Below, in pieces: positions 8,774-16,696 of a stretch of 32,000 nucleotides of DNA. How positions within the stretch are numbered: the first letter of the stretch is position 1; every line of letters begins with the position of its first letter. Source of the stretch: Trichodesmium erythraeum IMS101. GTDB lineage: Bacteria > Cyanobacteriota > Cyanobacteriia > Cyanobacteriales > Microcoleaceae. The stretch lies in contig NC_008312.1 of assembly GCF_000014265.1 (NCBI RefSeq), positions 4,380,001-4,412,000 of the forward strand, given 5' to 3'. The notes beneath the pieces were generated by a model that searched no databases, was not told where the DNA came from, and saw only the letters and a program-made list of their open reading frames with translations. A program made the translations under genes and the position numbers.

Positions 8774-8851
8774 TTTACTGGATAGTCAACTTAATATTTA
8801 GGACTGATCCACGCAGATAAAATCATACACGAACTTTAGGATAGATACCTA

Positions 8852-9517
8852 CTAATAAGTATAGTTATATTCATATTCATAATTATAAGAATCTTCAAAA
8901 TTAGTACTGACTCCAACCCCATTATTATCAACAGTACATACAAACTTATTTCGTTCTCCATACAAATCTACCCATCCTTGCCACTCCCAACCTTTTCTAG
9001 TTTTTCTCACATCTTTTTGAGAAGACCAGTTCCCATGTTTCGGAAACCCCATTTCATATGCCATAAATTCTTGACAAGAAGTCACAACACTACTGGCATT
9101 CAAATTTTTAGATTCAGATAAATTATCAGGAAAACTATCAGGATATATTTCTTTTTTGTAGGGGTATGCTACGACTTCATTGTTGTCAACATTGCAGAGA
9201 AAATTATTTCTTTCCCCATCAAATTCTACCCAACCTTGCCATTGCCAACCGGATTGAGTTTTAGTTATATCTTCCACGGATGACCACTGACCATTTTTAG
9301 GAAATCCCATTTCATCTTCCATCAATTCTTGACAAGAACTTACCACATAATTGGCATCAATATTTGTTTGATAATAATTTTTTAATCTCATTTTTCTCTG
9401 ATTCATTCTATTTGGATAACCATAGTTTCTCAGGTTAATATGACTATTATTACCAACATCACAGGCTGCTAGAAAAACAACTGTAGCTAATGTTATTACT
9501 AGTTTTGTTTTCTTCAT
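8852..9517 (-). CDS. Lipoprotein with two tandem ~64-aa domains and a Tyr-rich tail
   Basis: Signal peptide plus lipobox VFLAAC. Repeats run from residues Y57 to ~120 and S143 to ~206 (SCQE[LF]M..EMGFPK.G.WSS...K[TG]W[QE]WQGWV...GERN.F.C.VDNN). The C-terminus is YNYEYEYNYTY. Confidence 0.6.
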   Translation of the reverse strand: MKKTKLVITLATVVFLAACDVGNNSHINLRNYGYPNRMNQRKMRLKNYYQTNIDANYVVSSCQELMEDEMGFPKNGQWSSVEDITKTQSGWQWQGWVEFDGERNNFLCNVDNNEVVAYPYKKEIYPDSFPDNLSESKNLNASSVVTSCQEFMAYEMGFPKHGNWSSQKDVRKTRKGWEWQGWVDLYGERNKFVCTVDNNGVGVSTNFEDSYNYEYEYNYTY

Positions 9518-9565
9518 ATTTCCTCTGCCAAGAAATAAATCTTTTAATTATAATACCACTAAAAG

Positions 9566-9667
9566 AGGACTTACGCAACCAAACAAGAAACTGGGTTTAT
9601 TGTCCTGATTATTGTTTTTTGCCCCTCACAAAACTTAGTCTCATAACCAGGTTTATGGGTAAGTCCT
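9566..9667. mobile_element. MITE-like small palindromic element, copy 3
   Basis: Termini AGGACTTACGCA (9566-9577) and GGGTAAGTCCT (9657-9667) are inverted relative to each other, with the same end sequence as copy 2. Confidence 0.45.
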
Positions 9668-9701
9668 ATAAAAGCTATTTTTGAAGAATATGGTTGGAAA
9701 A

Positions 9702-9737
9702 ATAGGGAATATAGGGATAGGGAATAGGGATTAGAGA
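9702..9737. repeat. Heptamer array (AGGGAAT/AGGGATT type), STRR-like
   Basis: atagggaat atagggat agggaat agggatt agag, read directly. Confidence 0.5.
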
Positions 9738-9813
9738 AAGTTTTATTAATTATCAAATTAAATCGGGAATGAGGAATTAGTGAAAACTAATAGTTGATAG
9801 CTAAATTCTTAAC

Positions 9814-11630
9814 TTATTTATCCTTAATTTTCAATTCATAAATGTTCCAAAAAGCACCACTAAGAGCAGAAATTTTTAAATTATCAATATGATTACGAAC
9901 TGCTTGGAGTGTTAGAGAATTGACTAAAAAAAATACAGGCAATTGTTCGGAAACAATTTGTTGAAACTCACCGTAAATTTCCCGACGTTTATCTTCATCT
10001 ACAGTCTGATAAGCAGCAATAAACAAACGGTCTATTTTTTTTCCCAATCAGAAACTTGCCAATTTTTCATTCTTGATTCACCAGGTTTAGAACCTAGGTT
10101 AAACTGATGAAATGAACCATTACTTAACCAAAATAAGGATAGTAAATTAGGTTCAAAGTCAGCACCACGAACACCAAAAGCTCCGACATAACATTCCCAA
10201 TCTCGACTATAGAATAGCTTTTGTGAAACAGTATTAAAGTTGAGTACTTGTAAATTAGCTTTAATCCCGATACGACTTAAGTCTTCTTTAATTTTAACTG
10301 CTGTATCTATACGTAGTTTGTCTTCAGATTTTACTAAAATTGTAAATTCTACTCGGTTACTATTCTCATCTAATAATTCATTGGCATTATTATATTGAAA
10401 ACCAGAATTTAACAATAATTGTTTTGCCTTTTCAGGGTTATATTTATAGACCTTTAATCCTGCTTCTGGAGATAAGTAATAGGGGCTTTGTACTCCAAGA
10501 GGAGAATGTTGTATTTTCCCCAAACCTCGATAAATAGTATTATTAATTTGTTGGCGATTAATAGCATAAGCAACTGCTTGCCGAAAGGCTAAATTATTAA
10601 ACCAACGAGACTTAATAGGGTCTAAAAGAGGTTTTCCTTCTGAATTTTTACCTTGATTAAGATTAAAACCAACAAATCTATAGCCTAGAGCACTGCTATT
10701 ATAAATCTTATATTTACCTCGTTTTTCTTCTCGCTTAAGTAATTGAAATGCTTCGGGATCTACTCCAATACTATCTAATTCTCCTGAACGAAATCTGATT
10801 AATTGATTATCAGTTGATGGAATAATTTCAATGATAAGTTGATCAATATAGGGAAGAGAATTACCGGCTGAGTCTTTACGCCAATAGAAAGGATTTTTTT
10901 CTAAAATTATTCTTTGGGAAGGAATATAATTTGCTAGTTTAAATGCACCGTTACTAATAATTTTTTGTGGCTGTGTATTTGTATTCCAGGTTGATAAAAA
11001 TAGAGGTTTACCATCAGCATCAGTTGAGAAAATAGTATCCCGCAAAGCATGAGCTGGTAAAATTTTTAATTTTTCTACATATCTGATAAATGGGGCAAAA
11101 GGTTCGGGCAAAATAAATTCTACTCGGCGCCGATCTATTTTTTTAACTGAGGGAAAAGCACCACTACTGCCAATTCTTAAAAAGTCTCTGTAGATAGTGG
11201 GAATTTTGGGGTTGAGATAAATATCTTGATAGGTAAAGATAACATCATCAGCAGTAAGAGGTTTTCCATCAGACCATTTTAATTTTGACCGCAAAGTAAA
11301 GATAATCCGCTTTTTATCTTCAGACAAAACCCAAGATTCTGCTAAGGCAGGTTCTAATTCTCCAGTTAAGCCATTTTCTGATATTAATCCTTCGTAAATA
11401 AATCTAAAAATTTCGTATGGAGAACGAGATATGGCATAGTTAAAAGTGTTAGGTGGACTAGGGTTAACTAAAACTAATCTTGAGTTATTATTCTCATAGT
11501 TTAACAATTTTGGCTGACAACCACTGGTCAGAATTAATAAACAACATAATATAACTCCTACTAAAAAACGTACTACCCTAGAAATAGTAAACCGATGAAT
11601 GTCTTGATTTTTGTTTGGAATTTCTAGCAT
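9814..11630 (-). pseudogene. ABC transporter substrate-binding protein, family 5 (peptide/nickel OppA/DppA-like), split by a 1-nt frameshift in an A8 run
   Basis: The 532-aa ORF (10032-11630, signal ending LILTSGC) ends ...SDWEKK*. The 77-aa ORF (9814-10047) continues ..KKIDRLFIAAYQTVDEDKRREIYGEFQQIV, a typical SBP5 C-terminus. The frames switch at the T8 (minus-strand A8) run at 10035-10042. Confidence 0.7.
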
Positions 11631-12315
11631 TTGTTGAAGTTACTAAATAAAAGTTTTCTGGTTGAGATTATTTGAAATTTATTAAGGACTTGTGTAAAAA
11701 TCAACCAAGTCAATAAAAGCCGAATTTTTGGGTCTAAAGAAAGCGATCGCCAAATAACAAACTCAAACTTATCCTTGATTTTTTCAGTAAGTTTAACAGA
11801 AAGAAAATTCTTGCCGATACCTTTTAAACCAAAAATAGTTACTAAACGAAACTTATCTTCAAGGATCCATCTTGTTAGTATTTCTAATTCTTCTTCTATC
11901 ATAACAAAAGAACTTATATTGGATCTACCACTCCAAACAACTTCATTTTCTGTTTTCATTTTATTAGGTCTATTTTTTTCTTTTTCTATGTCATAGTTAC
12001 CTCCCTTTTTTTTTGCCTGATAATTAATTTTTTTTGACCTGATATTGAGTTAAAAATTGTTGTTGTAACCACTGCAGTTTAATTGCTCTTTTTTTCTCTC
12101 GGTGCGACTTTAAGCTTCTCATAAACAAAATTCATGTGCTTGCTTACCCTCCCAATATCCTAACCTTTTTCATCAACTATTTCCTGGTAAGACTTACTTA
12201 ACAAAAGAGCCGACATAATGGCTATATCATCTTTTTTAACACCATATTCAAAGGCATATTGCTCAATAAATTTCTCGGGAAAATACTGAAAATAGTCACC
12301 CGTACTTTCCTTCAC
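11624..12315 (-). pseudogene. Decayed N-terminal remnant of a STAND (HTH + NB-ARC-type) NTPase gene
   Basis: 11624-11959 encodes EEELEILTRWILEDKFRLVTIFGLKGIGKNFLSVKL...FEFVIWRSL, an NB-ARC-like stretch with a degenerate Walker A. 12079-12315 encodes a LuxR/sigma-r4-like HTH (LLLSKSYQEIVDEKG*DIGRVSKHMNFVYEKLKV) with an in-frame TAG at 12160-12162. The gene is truncated at the SBP gene start. Confidence 0.4.
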
Positions 12316-12553
12316 AATATTTATTCACTTTAATTCTCTTCTACTTCTTTTAAAATCATAACTGACTAACTGCAAAACAAAAGCTGTCAACAGTTTCAGG
12401 AAGATAGTTTAAAAATGTCCTCAAGACTTGTATAGCCCTATACACTCTCTCTGCTTATTGTTTGTGTTGTGGAAAATTTAGATGCAGTTGCCCAAAATGA
12501 AAAATAAATGGTAAAGTTTTGTAAATAACATTAAGAAATATTATTGCTGAAAA

Positions 12554-13909
12554 ATGAAACAAAAACTAACAGAAGGTAAAATAAGCACACTCTTACTAAA
12601 GCTAACACTGCCGACAGTTTGGGGAATTTTGGCGCTGCTAGGTTTCAGTATTATTGATACCTACTTTGTCGCTCAACTGGGAACAAAAGAGCTAGCAGCA
12701 ATAAGCTTCACATTCCCAGTAATAACATTCTTAAATAGTGTATCAATAGGTCTGGGAATAGGTGTTAGTTCTTGTATTTCAAGGGCTATTGGAAAGCGCG
12801 TTCAAACTCCTGTCCTCGATCGCGATGACTATAAAGTTAAGCGACTTACTACAGATAGTTTAATTTTATCTTTACTAGTAGGGGCAATTTTAGTCATTCT
12901 AGGTTTAGCAACTATTGAGCCGCTATTTACTGCTCTAGGGGCAAAAGCAGAAACTTTGCCTCTAATTCGACAATATATGAAAACTTCGTATTTAGGAGGA
13001 ATTTTTGCAGTAGTGCCAATAGTTGGTAATAGTATTATTCGCGCTACTGGTAATACATTCGTTCCCAGTGTGGTGATGACTGTAGCAGGTATTGTTAACC
13101 TTGTGCTAGACCCAATACTAATTTTTGGAGTCGGTCCAATTTCAGGGATGGGGTTACAAGGAGCGGCGTTGGCAACGGTTATTAGTATGGTAGCTACCTT
13201 AGCAGCTTCTTTGTTTTTTCTGCACTATCACCAACAAATGATCTGTTGGAAGCTGCCTAGCTTTAAGCTTCTTCTCCGAAATTGGCAAAATATCCTTTCT
13301 ATAGCTATACCTAATATAGGTCAAAATATAATCATACCAATTTCTGTCAGCTTTATTACTAGTTTGATAGCAACTTATGGCACTGCAGCAGTGGCAGCTT
13401 TTGGCATTGCTTCTAAGATAGAGGTATTTTGTTTTATAGTATTTTTGGCATTATCCAGTAGCTTTATTCCTTTTGTGGGGCAAAACTGGGGAGCAAAACA
13501 GTATAACCGTGTGTATTTAGGTGGGAACTTAGGGTTTAAGTTTAGTCTTTTTTGGGGAGCTATAATAGCGATCGCTTTAGCTATAGGCGGGAGTTGGTTA
13601 GTTTCAATATTTGATTCAGATCCCGAAGTTATCGAGGTCGCTACTAAATATCTACTGATAATGCCTATTAGTTATGGTACCCTTGGGATCACGTTAATTT
13701 CTAGTGCAACTTTCAATGCTCTGGGAAAACCTTTACCTTCTGTAATGATGAGTCTCATAAGAGTGTTATTTTTGTATGTACCTTTAACATATTTGGGAAG
13801 TTGGTTATTGGGTATCAATGGTATTTTTTATGGGACTTGTTTTGCGAATTTAGTAGTTGGTATTGGAGCTTATTTTTACTTTAATAAAACTTTTAAATTC
13901 AACAATTAA
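12554..13909 (+). CDS. MATE family efflux transporter
   Basis: 451 aa with ~12 predicted TM helices. The N-terminus LLKLTLPTVWGILALLGFSIIDTYFVAQLG is typical of MATE/NorM-type proteins. Confidence 0.85.
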   Translation: MKQKLTEGKISTLLLKLTLPTVWGILALLGFSIIDTYFVAQLGTKELAAISFTFPVITFLNSVSIGLGIGVSSCISRAIGKRVQTPVLDRDDYKVKRLTTDSLILSLLVGAILVILGLATIEPLFTALGAKAETLPLIRQYMKTSYLGGIFAVVPIVGNSIIRATGNTFVPSVVMTVAGIVNLVLDPILIFGVGPISGMGLQGAALATVISMVATLAASLFFLHYHQQMICWKLPSFKLLLRNWQNILSIAIPNIGQNIIIPISVSFITSLIATYGTAAVAAFGIASKIEVFCFIVFLALSSSFIPFVGQNWGAKQYNRVYLGGNLGFKFSLFWGAIIAIALAIGGSWLVSIFDSDPEVIEVATKYLLIMPISYGTLGITLISSATFNALGKPLPSVMMSLIRVLFLYVPLTYLGSWLLGINGIFYGTCFANLVVGIGAYFYFNKTFKFNN

Positions 13910-14348
13910 AAATAGGCCAAAAAAATGTTTTTTAACAGTAATTTTAGCTCACATTTAAAAGTGAAAATCAGCATTAACTAATGAATATATAACCTTTTCA
14001 AAGGTACTTTTTACTCAAAAATAGATACAGCAATTTTTTTTATTTTTTTTATTGATAATCTATAATTATGAGCAGCAAAATCTAATTAGAAAAAGTTTTA
14101 GTCAACAATACTTATCCCTGATAAATTCCTTTAAGCATTATATTTTTAGATGACTCATAGTCAGGTTTTAGCCCCAACATAAATATGGGAAATACTAAAA
14201 CCTAACTACAAAAAAAATAAACAGCTAATAGACTAAACTTTATTCTGAGTCTTTCAATAAAATTTTAGAAAAAAATTATTAACAAAATTAAAAAACTCAA
14301 GCTATACTATAAACTGTAAAACACCCTTAGAAAACTTACCCAAACCCC

Positions 14349-16478
14349 ATGCGGTTGCAACGTCAGTTCAGTGAACAAATTATAACCTTGGATACCCAAA
14401 ACCCCATTGGTGGGGGTGGTGAAGGTCGTATCTATCCTGTGCTCAAAAACCCCTCCTTAGTGGCCAAAATTTACCATAAACCGACAGACGAGGACGCCGA
14501 TAAACTGACCGTAATGTTCTCTCATCCACCAGATGTACCCATAGGAAGCGGACATGCAGCGATCGCATGGCCTATAGATCTATTGCGCACTACTAATAAC
14601 AAACATCAAATAGTTGGTTTTTTAATGCCTCGGGTTTCCAGAGCACAACCCCTACATATATTCTATAACCCTCGCAACCGTCGAGAACAAAAACCTCTTT
14701 TCAACTATCGTTACCTCCATCGCACAGCTCGTAACTTCGTCGCAGCCGTGAACGCTTTACATAACAGTGGATATACTATTGGTGACATCAATGAATCAAA
14801 TATTCTCGTCACCGATACTGCTCTTGTTACCCTAGTTGACACAGACTCCTTTCAAGTGCGCGACCCCTACACCAAAGAAATTTACCGTTGCCCCGTCGGC
14901 AAACTAGAATTTACTCCCCCAGAACTACAAGGTCAGAGTTTCCGGAAAATTGACCGCAAACCTGAACATGACCTATTTGGCATGGCAGTATTAATATTTC
15001 AACTTTTGATGGAGGGAACTCACCCTTTTGCAGGAATTTACAAAGGTAGAGGAGAACCCCCCAACCTTGAAGCTCGGATCCAGGCTGGTCATTTTCCCTA
15101 TAGTCAAAAGCGAGTTCCCTATCGCACGACTCCAACGGCACTACATTGGGAAATTTTACACCCCACTATACAAGAGCTATTCATTAACTGTTTTGAGTTA
15201 GGGCATGAACGCCCAGAGTTGCGCCCAGATGCTAAGGCTTGGTTACAGGGGTTGCGAGAGTCAGAAGATAGTCTAGTGCACTGTCAAAAAAATCATCAGC
15301 ATTGGTATGGAAACTACCTAAAGTCTTGTCCTTGGTGCGCGCGGACTAAACTTTTAAAAGGACGAGACCCTTTTCCATCAAGGGAAGCAGTTAGAAATAA
15401 GCAACATTTGGAACCTGCTCTCAAAAAAGGGAAACTTTTACCTTTAAAGTCACCAAAAGCTACTCCTTCTCAAAAACCAGCTCCACCAAAACCAATTGTG
15501 ATCACTCGACCCATGGGGCAATATCAACCTTTACTGACTCCTGTTGTTACTAAATTTAAGCCCCCCTCTTTACCAATAATTCCTTTGCCAGGGGGTGGTA
15601 AAGGTCTTCTTGGTATTGCTCAAGATGCTATTTTTGGTGGTTTTTGGGGAGTTTTGCTGGCGGCGGCAGTAGCAGGTCTGGTCTTAGGCATAGTTAACAG
15701 TAGCATTGCTATTTTAGGTGGTGTTGTTATGGGAATATTTTGGGGTGCTTTTTTCGCGATCGCTTGCCAATATGTTATCCCTATGAACTCATCTAGTGCT
15801 AGTTTAGGTTTAACAGGGGGGCTCTGGGGAGGGTTTCTGGCTGCTGCTATTACTGGTGCTGTTTATGGAATAGGTAACCGTCTTGGTGCATTTGGCCAAG
15901 CAGTCGTATTAGGAGGATTTTTAGGTACTATTTGGGGTAGTGTTTGGAGTTATTTTAAACCACCTTTAGCGTTTCCTGTTCCTGGGCGAGTTTTGGGTAG
16001 ACGAGGTTTATTTTTAGGTGTAATTTGGGGTGCTTTTTTAGGTACAGTTATTGGAGCTATTTTAGCTGGAATTTTTGTCTTTCAGGAAGCTATGAATGAT
16101 AATAGTAATTCTTGGGATGAATTGGTATCTATATTAATAAGTAGTATGATTTCGGCAATGGGTGTCGGTGCTATGGGTGGAGTTATAGGGGGTGTAATTT
16201 TAGGACCAATTTTAGGTGCTCCTACTTTGCCTTTGTCTAATAATTTATCCGGGGCTAGAGGTGCTTTATTAGGTGGAATTTGGGGGTGTTTTTTAGGTAC
16301 AATTATTGGCATAATTTGCGGTGGTTTTTTACCACAAATAGTGTCAATAGACTTAGTAGAAATTATGCGAGTTAATGGAGACTGGACTTCAATTTTTTCA
16401 ACAATTTTTGGAGCTGGTTTAGGTGCTCTTTGTGGCTGTTTTTCTGGGGCAACTTGGGGTTCTATGGGGAAATGGTAA
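14349..16478 (+). CDS. Atypical (non-RD) protein kinase-like domain + Cys/His zinc-ribbon-like cluster + Pro-rich linker + C-terminal glycine-zipper repeat membrane module
   Basis: 709 aa. G-loop GGGGEGRIY, VAKIY lysine, catalytic loop IGDINESN, DTD in place of DFG, TPPE in place of APE. HC-x14-CPWC lies at nt 15279-15338. From about residue 425 on there are at least 6 hydrophobic G-x-x-W-G-x-F-L-[GA] repeats. Confidence 0.75.
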   Translation: MRLQRQFSEQIITLDTQNPIGGGGEGRIYPVLKNPSLVAKIYHKPTDEDADKLTVMFSHPPDVPIGSGHAAIAWPIDLLRTTNNKHQIVGFLMPRVSRAQPLHIFYNPRNRREQKPLFNYRYLHRTARNFVAAVNALHNSGYTIGDINESNILVTDTALVTLVDTDSFQVRDPYTKEIYRCPVGKLEFTPPELQGQSFRKIDRKPEHDLFGMAVLIFQLLMEGTHPFAGIYKGRGEPPNLEARIQAGHFPYSQKRVPYRTTPTALHWEILHPTIQELFINCFELGHERPELRPDAKAWLQGLRESEDSLVHCQKNHQHWYGNYLKSCPWCARTKLLKGRDPFPSREAVRNKQHLEPALKKGKLLPLKSPKATPSQKPAPPKPIVITRPMGQYQPLLTPVVTKFKPPSLPIIPLPGGGKGLLGIAQDAIFGGFWGVLLAAAVAGLVLGIVNSSIAILGGVVMGIFWGAFFAIACQYVIPMNSSSASLGLTGGLWGGFLAAAITGAVYGIGNRLGAFGQAVVLGGFLGTIWGSVWSYFKPPLAFPVPGRVLGRRGLFLGVIWGAFLGTVIGAILAGIFVFQEAMNDNSNSWDELVSILISSMISAMGVGAMGGVIGGVILGPILGAPTLPLSNNLSGARGALLGGIWGCFLGTIIGIICGGFLPQIVSIDLVEIMRVNGDWTSIFSTIFGAGLGALCGCFSGATWGSMGKW

Positions 16479-16520
16479 TTAATAGTAAGTCTGGTTTACA
16501 AAAGTTTATTAAAAAGGTAA

Positions 16521-16573
16521 GCCAGAAGCCAGGAGCCTGGAGTCAGGAGCTAAGACTCAGGAACTAGGAGCGG
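16521..16573. repeat. Heptamer array (GCCAGGA-type, ~7-8 units), STRR-like
   Basis: gccagaa gccagga gcctgga gtcagga gctaaga ctcagga actagga gcg, read directly. Confidence 0.6.
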
Positions 16574-16600
16574 GAAAGCTGTCTATTTGTGTCACAAATT

Positions 16601-16613
16601 TGCTGTATAAAAT
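16601..16613 (+). promoter_or_regulatory. Candidate extended -10 element TGCTGTATAAAAT upstream of kinase paralog 1
   Basis: An identical 13-mer in a conserved context (CACAAAT.TGCTGTATAAAATTAATAATCT) also lies upstream of paralog 2 at 19210-19222. No experimental support. Confidence 0.25.
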
Positions 16614-16696
16614 TAATAATCTAAAATATTACTTACTTTTGCCTGAGCATTTAAGTGTTTATAATTAATAACAAATAATTGATAATTCAAAAAATT

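Noticed and set aside
9490-9756. ORFs 9490-9684 (+) and 9571-9756 (-)
   Set aside because: Both are generated by the MITE-like element and the heptamer array, and they overlap each other on opposite strands.
11775-11996. 73-aa plus-strand ORF
   Set aside because: It is antisense to the NB-ARC-like remnant and its translation is low-complexity.
14911-16312. Antisense ORFs 14911-15141 and 16082-16312 inside the 709-aa kinase gene
   Set aside because: They are shadow ORFs on the opposite strand of a well-supported CDS. The second is just the Pro/Ile-rich complement of the Gly-rich repeats.
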